Positions 48,757-57,466 of a stretch of DNA of 62,806 bases are shown here, in pieces (position 1 is the first letter of the stretch; each line of letters begins with the position of its first letter). Where the stretch lies: the IMG/VR virus record IMGVR_UViG_3300034272_003223; one strand, written 5' to 3'. A program made the translations under genes and the position numbers. Below the pieces are notes generated by a model that worked only from the letters and a program-made list of their open reading frames with translations, was not told the origin of the DNA and ran no database searches. Origin of the DNA: an uncultured virus (IMG/VR IMGVR_UViG_3300034272_003223) (taxonomy: Duplodnaviria > Heunggongvirae > Uroviricota > Caudoviricetes).

Positions 48757-49070
48757 TAGCCCTTTGGTTTAAGTATACTACTAAAAATTTGAGTAAGTCG
48801 ATTCAGTCTCCACTCTCTCTTTTTTTCTTCGATTGTTTTAGGTTCTTCCCCTAAGTTTGAATAGACATTACTATTTGTACCATATTGATATCGAAATGCA
48901 TCAAAATATACTTGATGCAAATGAACCGGAATGGTATTAAAGTCTGCAATACATTCAATTGGTAAAGAGGTTCCGCTACCAGCAATAGAGATACTGCTTT
49001 TAATTGTAACTTTACCTGAGCCTTTCGTGGTTAGGTGACCAGAATCTGTATTAATTGTTAGTGTGCTCAT
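48756..49070 (-). CDS. Hypothetical protein
   Basis: 104-aa coupled ORF. Confidence 0.5.
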   Translation of the reverse strand: MSTLTINTDSGHLTTKGSGKVTIKSSISIAGSGTSLPIECIADFNTIPVHLHQVYFDAFRYQYGTNSNVYSNLGEEPKTIEEKKREWRLNRLTQIFSSILKPKG

Positions 49071-49272
49071 ATGCTTTTGCTTCGTGAAAATAATATCCTG
49101 AACTTACTTTACCACCTATATCCCAATTCATTTCTGCTTCCCAATGGTAAACTTTATTTTTCTTATTAATTGAAGTAATAGTAACAAAAGTCAACCCATA
49201 TTCTTCTTTATCATAATCGATTGCCTCTAGTTTATCTCCAACTTTAAATATTGGTTCTATATTATTGCTCAT
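49051..49272 (-). CDS. Hypothetical protein (FKVGD SH3-like)
   Basis: 73-aa coupled ORF. Confidence 0.5.
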   Translation of the reverse strand: MSNNIEPIFKVGDKLEAIDYDKEEYGLTFVTITSINKKNKVYHWEAEMNWDIGGKVSSGYYFHEAKAYEHTNN

Positions 49273-49540
49273 AATCTGATACTTTAAGACCCCATTGCAT
49301 ATCGACCCAGCTCATATCAATTTCAGCGAGCTTTCTGGTGCGATGCCTATTATTTTTAAGTAGAACTTCAACTCCCCATTCAATCCATTGGGAGCGCTGT
49401 TCCATTGTCATAGTCCAATCCCAAAACCAATTGTCCTTGCGATCAACCACATCTTCATACTTAACATCATGACCTGCAATCTCAAACATTTTGTCGATAA
49501 GGATCTTGGCCATTTCTTCTGGACTCTTCTTCTTTGCCAT
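49262..49540 (-). CDS. Trp-rich hypothetical protein
   Basis: 92-aa coupled ORF. Confidence 0.55.
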   Translation of the reverse strand: MAKKKSPEEMAKILIDKMFEIAGHDVKYEDVVDRKDNWFWDWTMTMEQRSQWIEWGVEVLLKNNRHRTRKLAEIDMSWVDMQWGLKVSDYEQ

Positions 49541-49541
49541 T

Positions 49542-49805
49542 TTACAGTGATTGAATTTGTGCTAAAATTGTAGTCACTTCAGCTTCGCATAGGTGACCTA
49601 GTACATCGCTGGTTACTGGCGTATCATAGGTAATATGGCCGTCTTTACCAAATACTGCAAGTTCGTATAATCCATTTTTTCCTCCATACGAGAAAGGTGT
49701 CTTAACTACACTTGCACCATAGCCATTGTCAAACTTGATCCTAGCTTGAACTCCACCCATTCCATTTGGGTGATCCATAAATACTAAATTTTCAAATGTT
49801 ATCAT
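49542..49805 (-). CDS. Conserved phage hypothetical protein
   Basis: FDNGYGASVV...SYGG..GLYELAV motif common in phages. Confidence 0.6.
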   Translation of the reverse strand: MITFENLVFMDHPNGMGGVQARIKFDNGYGASVVKTPFSYGGKNGLYELAVFGKDGHITYDTPVTSDVLGHLCEAEVTTILAQIQSL

Positions 49806-49808
49806 TTC

Positions 49809-50048
49809 TTAAAAATTAAATGGTTCGCCATCTACCTTAACTGCAATAATATCCTTGTAGTTAGATAAACTTTGAATATACTTTTTAGGATTCTTAACCT
49901 TATCATAAGATAGGGTTTTTCCATTATTGTAGGTAATTTCAACAACTGACCCGCCTGGAGTCAAGCTTAAATTATTTGTTCTAAATTGATCAGAGACATT
50001 TAGTGTTCTACTTACTTGCATATATCGTTTTAAATTTGCTGGGTTCAT
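49809..50048 (-). CDS. Hypothetical protein
   Basis: 79-aa ORF. Confidence 0.5.
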   Translation of the reverse strand: MNPANLKRYMQVSRTLNVSDQFRTNNLSLTPGGSVVEITYNNGKTLSYDKVKNPKKYIQSLSNYKDIIAVKVDGEPFNF

Positions 50049-50054
50049 ATTAAA

Positions 50055-50384
50055 CTATTGTCCGCAACCGCAATCTGCATCCTCTGATAGAGGACCTTCA
50101 ATTGGTGGTTCACTTGGTTTATAAAATTGTTGATTACGCTCCCAAAGTTCGTCTCCAGTAATATCTGTTTGGCCTTCTTCATCAATGAATCGAATTGACC
50201 AATTGCCTTCGCCGTATCTTTGGTTAAGCTCATCAATTCTTTCAGGTCGGCCTTCAATCAAATCTCCCTTTGCAAAGAGATAGTTTGAACACACATGAGA
50301 ATAGAGAACTTCTCCCTCTTCGGTCACAACTACAAATTGTGCATCCTCTGTTTGTCTAATACCTGGATAAATGTATAAATTCAT
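50055..50384 (-). CDS. Hypothetical protein
   Basis: GEVLYSHVCS motif; start refined to MNLYIY. Confidence 0.5.
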   Translation of the reverse strand: MNLYIYPGIRQTEDAQFVVVTEEGEVLYSHVCSNYLFAKGDLIEGRPERIDELNQRYGEGNWSIRFIDEEGQTDITGDELWERNQQFYKPSEPPIEGPLSEDADCGCGQ

Positions 50385-50496
50385 ATTCTTAAATTGAATG
50401 TAAGATTCCCCAAATGACGCCTGCTGCCCATGCACTCATGACCAATATAATCAAAACGTCTCTGCCTGTAATTTTATTTTTCATAGTAATATTATA

Positions 50497-50808
50497 CTAA
50501 AATTTTTCTGGCTTTTGCCAAGGTTTATTGTATTTTTCTTCCCAATATTTTCTATACTCTCGCACATTAATCATGTTAATTGTATATTGCCAATATTCAG
50601 TCTCATACCAAATAGTTACATGTAGCACTAAGCTAGATGGTGGAACATAATTCTCTTTAGCCCATTTGAATAACTGCTTAGTATTTCCCTTTTGTCTAAT
50701 TTTTTTTGCAAACGTTGGAAAATCACAATCCCAAATAGTAGGATATGGGGTCAGTATACCTGAATACCCCAATCCCCTATATCCTATATTGTATGCTACT
50801 TGTTTCAT
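50497..50808 (-). CDS. Hypothetical protein
   Basis: 103-aa ORF coupled to the ligase stop codon. Confidence 0.5.
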   Translation of the reverse strand: MKQVAYNIGYRGLGYSGILTPYPTIWDCDFPTFAKKIRQKGNTKQLFKWAKENYVPPSSLVLHVTIWYETEYWQYTINMINVREYRKYWEEKYNKPWQKPEKF

Positions 50809-51935
50809 TAGTGACTATCGCCAACTTCCCAATTTTCTGCATAGATTAAGTAATCTGGATTAATTACTTTTGCAACTTTGCTTCTATCTCCAGTATGGTG
50901 TTTTACAACAACTCCTTCATGAGGTACTTTAGTTCCAAAGATAAAATTATCAAAGACATACATATCTTCAATTTCTTTATTCCAATCTCCTACATAAAGT
51001 ACATCAACATAAGGTAGGTCCATTTCAATTCCAACAAAATTAAAGGCCTCGTCAGTTGAACAGTATTTGCCATTGATTTCCAAGTCAAATCCTGCAAATT
51101 CAATTTCTTTTAGACCATAGTCATAATTCTTTTGAATACCTGCTCCATAGATTTCTCCATATAGAACAACGCCAATTCCAATACCATCTGGGAATCTTTC
51201 GGGATCCTTGACAAACTTCCATAAAACCTGTTTAAGATTATACTTTGCCGCAATATCATACCAGACATTAGTGTCGTAGAAGCCCTGAGAGTCTGATCCT
51301 TTTTCTACATTATGCGAACCTACTACGAATTCGTAATCGACCCACTTTGCACCAAAGAATTTCTTTACCTTATCGAATAGAGATAATTTGTTTTTCTTTA
51401 CAATACCATATCGAGCATTGGTTCCATGGATCTTACGAGTGATCTCAACCCAATCATCTTCAGTAAAAATTCCTGGTACATTCTTTGCATTTGGAAATTT
51501 GTAATAGATATGGAAGTTTGGATTTTCTGAGTATCTGATCTTTTTACCAGAACTCAATTGAACTTGCTTAACCGGTGGTTCATATTTCCAAATATCCATT
51601 GCATACATCATGTCCTTACCTTCATAGTAATTTTCCATGAATGGAACATGTTTAATTGGAATGATTAGACACTCTGAATATACTCCACGTAATTTTACAG
51701 TACGAACTCTACCGCCTTTACGTAAATAATTTGTAACATTTAGGCTGTCAGACAACTCGACTGGAATTACTGCATCAGTTGTTGCAACTACTACAAGATC
51801 CCCATTCGAGTATTGTCCCTTTTGGATAATTGCTTGCCATCCACTGACTAATGCCAATTCAATAGCATCTGCTCCTGGAATAGGTACGATTTCACCAATA
51901 CTTGCTACAAAGCAAACTGAATTATTATTTTCCAT
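50808..51935 (-). CDS. RNA ligase, DRB0094/Rnl5-like family
   Basis: N-terminal PIPGADAIE...RVRTVKLRGVYSECL; TRKIHGTN motif I, YGEIYG, HEGVV, AKVINPDYL. Confidence 0.88.
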   Translation of the reverse strand: MENNNSVCFVASIGEIVPIPGADAIELALVSGWQAIIQKGQYSNGDLVVVATTDAVIPVELSDSLNVTNYLRKGGRVRTVKLRGVYSECLIIPIKHVPFMENYYEGKDMMYAMDIWKYEPPVKQVQLSSGKKIRYSENPNFHIYYKFPNAKNVPGIFTEDDWVEITRKIHGTNARYGIVKKNKLSLFDKVKKFFGAKWVDYEFVVGSHNVEKGSDSQGFYDTNVWYDIAAKYNLKQVLWKFVKDPERFPDGIGIGVVLYGEIYGAGIQKNYDYGLKEIEFAGFDLEINGKYCSTDEAFNFVGIEMDLPYVDVLYVGDWNKEIEDMYVFDNFIFGTKVPHEGVVVKHHTGDRSKVAKVINPDYLIYAENWEVGDSH

Positions 51936-51937
51936 TT

Positions 51938-52351
51938 TTATAATTTTATTTCAAAACGATTTTTCATTTGTTCTAACTTATCATCAGGCACACCATGTAT
52001 ATTTACACCACCATGTCGATTTTCTACAATTAGGGAAGTAACTCGATAGTTCCACTGTTTAGCTAAATCAAAGTATGCCTCCATTTCCCACTCTTGTGTA
52101 AAGGTATTAGATACAATAATTGTACTATTATGTCCAGTAGTATGGTTTAGGAGCATCGCCTGTTCAACACTATCTTTGCACCACCTATGAGCATCTTTAA
52201 TTTTAGCTGGATCAAATTTATAAACCCCATCCTCAATAAAATATTGATCTGCTTCAAAGTGAGCGCATCCACTTGCGTTTGCTCCTAATAGGTTTGCAGT
52301 TGTACTTTTACCTGAACCTGGGATTCCTCTTACTAAAATTAAATTTTTCAT
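51938..52351 (-). CDS. P-loop kinase (polynucleotide-kinase / AAA_33-like)
   Basis: LILVRGIPGSGKST, EADQYF, IVSNTFTQEWE, HGVP. Confidence 0.85.
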   Translation of the reverse strand: MKNLILVRGIPGSGKSTTANLLGANASGCAHFEADQYFIEDGVYKFDPAKIKDAHRWCKDSVEQAMLLNHTTGHNSTIIVSNTFTQEWEMEAYFDLAKQWNYRVTSLIVENRHGGVNIHGVPDDKLEQMKNRFEIKL

Positions 52352-52352
52352 A

Positions 52353-52883
52353 TTAAGTTATATCTGGGTTTAAATATACTAATTCGCAATTATGTTTTAC
52401 CCATTTAACTGGAAAGGTTAAGTGATTCGATGAAGCTGACATTTTTTCTAATTTACGTAGAGCCTCATTCAAAAAAACTTGAGTTGATCCTTTCCAGATA
52501 CGTTGACAAATTAATCCGCTTTTTACATCAAACTCTGCAAAGAAAAATGCTGAGTTTCGGGTTATTCTAATTAAATTACCATCGTGAATTCTATCTAATT
52601 GAAATCCTCCTCCCTCTTTACATGATAAGTATTCATATTGTTCCTTACCACATTGAGAATAAGCATCTGCTCCATGTTTAGTAGTATGACACTTATGACC
52701 AAGAATTTCAGCAATCATCCATTCTTTAATAAAACCTGGAGTTAACAAGTCTTGCTGAAAACCTAAATCTGTCTTAAGCTGATCTAGTGTTTCAATTAAT
52801 AATTTAACTTTGTTTGGCTCAGATTCTATTATTTTAAGTAGATCGGTGGTTTTCATTTTCTGATTTAGCGTGATTGTATTCAT
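52353..52883 (-). CDS. PvuII-like restriction-endonuclease-fold protein (start possibly 52856)
   Basis: IAEILGH...HGADAY...YEYLSC...FQLDR resembles the PvuII layout but lacks the ExK lysine. Confidence 0.45.
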   Translation of the reverse strand: MNTITLNQKMKTTDLLKIIESEPNKVKLLIETLDQLKTDLGFQQDLLTPGFIKEWMIAEILGHKCHTTKHGADAYSQCGKEQYEYLSCKEGGGFQLDRIHDGNLIRITRNSAFFFAEFDVKSGLICQRIWKGSTQVFLNEALRKLEKMSASSNHLTFPVKWVKHNCELVYLNPDIT

Positions 52884-53067
52884 TAACTATGTGTGCAGCT
52901 AATGCAATAACGAATGCAGTAACTAGCATTAATAGTGCAAGTCCTCCAATAAATGAGAGTATACTAGAGTTATTCATTAGGATAAAAGCCTCTTCAATTG
53001 TTGAGACTACGCCAACGGTCACTAAAAAATATAGTATAACTAGACCGAGTGTTGATGCTATTTTCAT
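52834..53067 (-). CDS. Two-TM membrane protein
   Basis: Two hydrophobic helices. Confidence 0.5.
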   Translation of the reverse strand: MKIASTLGLVILYFLVTVGVVSTIEEAFILMNNSSILSFIGGLALLMLVTAFVIALAAHIVNEYNHAKSENENHRST

Positions 53068-53086
53068 ATAAATTATTAAAAGTTAG

Positions 53087-53160
53087 TGGTCCATACAGGA
53101 CTCGAACCTGTGACCTTCTCGTTATGAGCGAGCTGCTCTAACCAACTGAGCTAAAGGACC
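53087..53160 (-). tRNA. tRNA-CAT (probably Ile2, lysidine type)
   Basis: GGTCCTTTAGCTCAGTTGGTTAGAGCA...CTCATAA; the body resembles Ile2. Confidence 0.88.
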
Positions 53161-53161
53161 G

Positions 53162-53503
53162 TTAAATTGAATAATACTTTTGAAGATCTTCACGTATTAT
53201 AACCAAACCATCTGGCAAAAACCTAACAACGGCTTGATTTAATTTAGGAGAGTCTTCATTTTCAAAACGTCCATCCATTTCATAAAGAACATAGATAGTT
53301 TTTCCTTCAGCTATTGCGATTTCGCTTAAGTCATCTTTGCTAAGTGTAATGTCAATATCTCCCCACCAAATCTTGCCCTCATCTGTACATACATTAGAAT
53401 TAAAAATTACTAAATTACCAGGGTTATTTTCGCGATAACCGCTTTTGCTACCTGATACAATATGGCCAGGCCAGCCTAATACTTGATTTAATAGATTTTC
53501 CAT
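53162..53503 (-). CDS. Hypothetical protein
   Basis: SGSKSGY...IWWGDIDIT motif. Confidence 0.55.
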   Translation of the reverse strand: MENLLNQVLGWPGHIVSGSKSGYRENNPGNLVIFNSNVCTDEGKIWWGDIDITLSKDDLSEIAIAEGKTIYVLYEMDGRFENEDSPKLNQAVVRFLPDGLVIIREDLQKYYSI

Positions 53504-53544
53504 TTCTGTAAATTTATAAAGATATTATACTAAAAAGAAGTGAG

Positions 53545-54445
53545 TTAGAGCCTCTCTGTTCGATTTTTAGTCTAAAGATTCGCCACAGCTAGGGCAAAAC
53601 TTCCAACTAGATTTTTTAATACGTGAGCCGCATCCACCACAGTAGTTACGTATTTCAGCAACTTCCAATGGTTTTTTGGAAAGGGGCAGTAGTTTTATAA
53701 TTACAGTTTCATTAACCCAATAATTATAAGTACCATTATCCTGAGAGAATTGTTGTTTTGACTTAGAGCCTTCTTCAACTCTTCCTGTTTCAAGAGAACC
53801 TGCAACTGGCATTGAGATATTATTAACAGTGGTTCCACCATAACTAACACTACCGATACTATTTGAACTAGTATAAGTTATGTTTGATCCAAGCTGTCTA
53901 GTTCCAGTTGTTGTAAAAAAGGTATTTGGATTAATTGTAGTAGTATGTGAGCCATTCCAATTATTTGAATTAATTGTCATGGAATTACCATACCAGTAAT
54001 TTCCTCTTAAGTTTTGTTCATAGTAGAATTCAACTTTAACTTCGCCATTTTTAGCAATTGCCTCCTTAGCGTCATCTGAATCTTCGACTTCATACGTTTC
54101 AAACTTAAATTTTTTAGCAACATCAATATAGCGCTCAAGATAAATTCTTTGGCCAGGTCTAATAACTAGTCCAGCTTGAGAAATTGCTTTACCATTAATT
54201 GAAATTTTTGCTAATACTTTGCACTGGTGAGGATTAAAAATTTCCAGTTCAAATTGTTGTCCGTCTTTTAGGTAGACAGAGCTTTCGTATTGTTTAATAC
54301 GATTCTTGTTGCTGGTGATATTCACCGAACACCGCTTTTGTTCTTGTAGTGTATACATTTTAGATTTATATTTTTTGCTTACCTCTTTATGACCGTAAGA
54401 TCATTCAAGGGCTATTAACCCGAGGCGAACAAGGAGAGGCTCTAA
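53545..54445. repeat. Inverted repeat pair bracketing the zinc-ribbon gene
   Basis: TTAGAGCCTCTC-TGTTCG (53545-53562) versus CGAACA-AG-GAGAGGCTCTAA (54426-54445). Confidence 0.8.
53567..54358 (-). CDS. Hypothetical protein with C-terminal double-CxxC zinc ribbon
   Basis: YCGGCG...FCPSCG; beta-rich N-terminal domain; ETGRVEEG motif. Confidence 0.65.
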   Translation of the reverse strand: MYTLQEQKRCSVNITSNKNRIKQYESSVYLKDGQQFELEIFNPHQCKVLAKISINGKAISQAGLVIRPGQRIYLERYIDVAKKFKFETYEVEDSDDAKEAIAKNGEVKVEFYYEQNLRGNYWYGNSMTINSNNWNGSHTTTINPNTFFTTTGTRQLGSNITYTSSNSIGSVSYGGTTVNNISMPVAGSLETGRVEEGSKSKQQFSQDNGTYNYWVNETVIIKLLPLSKKPLEVAEIRNYCGGCGSRIKKSSWKFCPSCGESLD

Positions 54446-54466
54446 TTCTCTCTTCTTCAGTATTAT

Positions 54467-54706
54467 TTACTTTTTATTCCTAAAAAGTTTTACTGTTCTG
54501 ATTAGCTGTGCACAAGTTTCAACAACTGCAAGACATAACGAAATCTTAACTGCCCATTCAATTGACCAGTGTTGATTTTCAAGATGACCTAACGCAATTG
54601 AACAAAGCGTGAGCAAAGAAATTGGAACAATAAAATTTACCCCAACCATTACATAAAATATGATGTTTAGGAATGAGTGCAGTTTTGCTTTAGCAGTTTC
54701 TTTCAT
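54467..54706 (-). CDS. Two-TM membrane protein
   Basis: Hydrophobic 79-aa ORF. Confidence 0.5.
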   Translation of the reverse strand: MKETAKAKLHSFLNIIFYVMVGVNFIVPISLLTLCSIALGHLENQHWSIEWAVKISLCLAVVETCAQLIRTVKLFRNKK

Positions 54707-54854
54707 TAGAATAAGATTTTAATTATAAGGGCAACAAGTGCAGCAAAGGCTCCAGTAATTAATACTATCGCCACTATTTCTTGATGACCTTCGACCTGTT
54801 TTTTACTACGACCTTGATGTTCATTTGGATCCCAGTTTTCCATAGTGCTTTACT

Positions 54855-55382
54855 TTATTTAACTATGCGTCTAGCATAATCATTGACAAGAGGTCTTCCT
54901 GTATTATAACAGCCAAGAGCAACTGGCCAACTATCATATCTTTTATACAAATACGCCAAAAGTTTCATTGAGATTTGAACATTTAGTTCAAGATTATTCA
55001 ACAATTGCTTTTTTGTAACAGGTGCATCCCATATAAAATTTGCAGTTGGAACCTGTATCTGCATTGCGCCGTATGCGGCAGCCGATGATGTTAATTTAGG
55101 ATTATATTTCCAATGAAATGGTCCTTTATAACCTGTTTCTTCTCGAGCAACTCCCATTGCAATGTGGAACGGAACACCGTATTCTTCAGAGTATTTCTCT
55201 AAATAATAATAAAGAGCTAAACTTGGCGGTGACTTCTCATTGATTGTTCCGCTGCTTAGCTCTTTAGGTTTTTCGGTATTTAATAGTCTCCAAAGGAAAC
55301 CGAATGCTAAAATTCCAGCCAATACAATGAGAGTTTTAAATGATTTTACTCCCATATTTTTAATATTAGTGGCCAGTAGCAT
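54855..55382 (-). CDS. Membrane-anchored lytic transglycosylase (SLT domain)
   Basis: N-terminal TM; VAREETGY, AYGAMQI, LELNVQIS, ALGCYNTG. Confidence 0.85.
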   Translation of the reverse strand: MLLATNIKNMGVKSFKTLIVLAGILAFGFLWRLLNTEKPKELSSGTINEKSPPSLALYYYLEKYSEEYGVPFHIAMGVAREETGYKGPFHWKYNPKLTSSAAAYGAMQIQVPTANFIWDAPVTKKQLLNNLELNVQISMKLLAYLYKRYDSWPVALGCYNTGRPLVNDYARRIVK

Positions 55383-55695
55383 TTACATATGCCTTTTGTG
55401 CATATATGTTAAAAATAACACGTCCAATTGAATCTGAATAGATTGTATAAACCCCAGTCTTTCTATCAATAATTAGCAAATCTTCTTTTTCATTTACGGC
55501 AACTGACGTATTTTTAAGAGTTTTTGCTTCTCTCCAAGCCTCTCCTTTGACTTTGTTTAGGGCTAGTTCGTAATAGTAACCAATACAAAATCCAGAGATT
55601 AGTGCACTAGCTAAAACTACAACTGTTCCAAGCCGCTTAAGTAAAGCTGATGCTTTTTCAATTAGTTGTTGGGCGAAGTTTTTTTGATTTTCCAT
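55366..55695 (-). CDS. Single-TM protein coupled to the SLT gene
   Basis: One TM segment; overlaps the SLT start. Confidence 0.55.
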   Translation of the reverse strand: MENQKNFAQQLIEKASALLKRLGTVVVLASALISGFCIGYYYELALNKVKGEAWREAKTLKNTSVAVNEKEDLLIIDRKTGVYTIYSDSIGRVIFNIYAQKAYVNATGH

Positions 55696-56701
55696 TTTTT
55701 CTTTCTTTAGGTTTATCTGAATCTAATATACCTAAGTAATAGTCTTTTTGGTCTTTAAACAATTCTCTAGCCTCTGCTAATAAAACCGGATAAGACTTAT
55801 CAATTTCTGGAAAATCTTTATCTAAATCACTTAGAATTCTGCCTAATACTGCTTGTCGAACTATTGCATAATTTAAGTTATGCTTTAGTCCCCAGATATG
55901 AAAAACATTATCAAATTTTTCTTTAGCTTCTTCAATGGGCTCATTGTGAATCCACCCATACATATCTGCCGAAATGTGCATAACATCGACCTTTGGTCCA
56001 GGAATCCAGCTTGAATTTAAATATGTCTGTATATTAATGCCACGTTCCTTTGCTAAACTCGGCAATAAATATTGTTCAACAAAAATCATATCGCCGGCTC
56101 CAGGAAGAGTTTCCCATTTATGACTGTTTTCAATAATTGAATCAACATGATCCATCCATTCGTGTACAAATGGAGCAACCTTATTTAAATACAGAATTGC
56201 AGTGTTAGTTGCTTTATTGTCCCAATTAGTAATTGGACTTTCAATTTCAGCTAATTCATATATGCTAGGCCCACTAACATATTCAACGTCTGGATATTTA
56301 ATTGGATCGATTTCCTCATAATGAAATGTTAAAATCGGAGCGTCTATACTAAAGTTATATCTGGATTTGATGTATAGGTCTGTGTCCAATATGCAAAACT
56401 TATCAAAGTCTCGGGAAAGGTGCTTAGCTATCATCAGTTTCGGATATGCCCAAAATCTAGGGCTACCGTTCATTAATACTTGTTCATGATGAATTGTATC
56501 AACGAATGAATATGCATTATGTAGGCCATAATGAAATACTTGAGATTCCCTTTCTGGACTAATGTATAATCCCATTGGGCCAAAGTTTTTTCTCCAGTAT
56601 AGAGCAGATGCCAATTGGCAAAGTAATTCTACAGATTTAAACTTTCCTTCATCAACATCGCTTGAATAGAATGCATGTACTCCTAAAATTGGTTCACTCA
56701 T
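55658..56701 (-). CDS. Putative GT-A-like glycosyltransferase (DUF6734-like)
   Basis: FWAYPKL...FCILDTDLY (DxD), NTAIL, IFVEQYLL, HIWG. Confidence 0.5.
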   Translation of the reverse strand: MSEPILGVHAFYSSDVDEGKFKSVELLCQLASALYWRKNFGPMGLYISPERESQVFHYGLHNAYSFVDTIHHEQVLMNGSPRFWAYPKLMIAKHLSRDFDKFCILDTDLYIKSRYNFSIDAPILTFHYEEIDPIKYPDVEYVSGPSIYELAEIESPITNWDNKATNTAILYLNKVAPFVHEWMDHVDSIIENSHKWETLPGAGDMIFVEQYLLPSLAKERGINIQTYLNSSWIPGPKVDVMHISADMYGWIHNEPIEEAKEKFDNVFHIWGLKHNLNYAIVRQAVLGRILSDLDKDFPEIDKSYPVLLAEARELFKDQKDYYLGILDSDKPKERKNGKSKKLRPTTN

Positions 56702-56705
56702 AGGA

Positions 56706-56978
56706 CTAAGCTAGTAGCTCATTAATTTTTTCAATAATATCAGCTTGCGCTTTTACGCCAACTGACTGGTATGCAGTTTCGCTATCCTTTAAATAGACTA
56801 ATGCTGGAATTGATCTAATTCCATGCAGAGCGGCTGTATCTGGATCTTCATCTGCATTTACTTTAGTAATTTCAACTAAAGAGTTTTCACTAAAATGTTC
56901 AGCAACCCTTTCCATAACTGGTCCAAACGTTCTGCACGGTCCACACCATGGTGCTGAAAAATAAATTACGTTAATCAT
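56706..56978 (-). CDS. trxA: Thioredoxin
   Basis: FSAPWCGPC, IRSIP. Confidence 0.92.
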   Translation of the reverse strand: MINVIYFSAPWCGPCRTFGPVMERVAEHFSENSLVEITKVNADEDPDTAALHGIRSIPALVYLKDSETAYQSVGVKAQADIIEKINELLA

Positions 56979-56991
56979 TGTTTTCTTTATT

Positions 56992-57279
56992 TTATTTTAC
57001 TCTTAAAACTTGTTTAGATTTTTCTTCTATCCATTCAAGCTTTCTATATTTAAAATCTTTCCACTCTTCAAAATCATCTAATATATCGATAACTTCGTGT
57101 GGAACTAGCACAAATCCGTCTGGTGCAATACCTGCAAATTTATAATAGTTTGAATCCTTTAATTTTTCTTTGACTAGTGGATTATCAAATGGCTCGTCAT
57201 ATAAACCAGCTTCTTGATCTAATCTCATCATTTCAGCAAGTATTTTACCTTGCTCTTCTTTAGTAAGATCCTCTGACAT
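56992..57279 (-). CDS. Hypothetical protein
   Basis: 95-aa ORF. Confidence 0.5.
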   Translation of the reverse strand: MSEDLTKEEQGKILAEMMRLDQEAGLYDEPFDNPLVKEKLKDSNYYKFAGIAPDGFVLVPHEVIDILDDFEEWKDFKYRKLEWIEEKSKQVLRVK

Positions 57280-57296
57280 TTAGTTGAGGTTATTTT

Positions 57297-57385
57297 TGGT
57301 ACCGACGGCCGGAGTCGAACCGGCACGGGCATTACGGCCCAAGAGATTTTAAGTCTCTCATGTCTACCTATTTCATCACGTCGGC
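57297..57385 (-). tRNA. tRNA-Leu(TAA)
   Basis: Cloverleaf with variable arm; loop CTTAAAA; encoded CCA. Confidence 0.95.
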
Positions 57386-57466
57386 ATTTAACTAAGTTAT
57401 TATACTAAGTTTATTAACTGGGTTATCAGTCGAAGATAAATATTTATAGAAATAACTCAATTATTA

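Noticed and set aside
50045..50257. 70-aa alternative-frame ORF
   Set aside because: It is nested in the better-supported 50055-50384 ORF on the same strand.
53545..54445. Autonomous IS element
   Set aside because: The enclosed ORF has no transposase motifs and no target-site duplication is evident; kept only as an RNA-pairing or cassette hypothesis.
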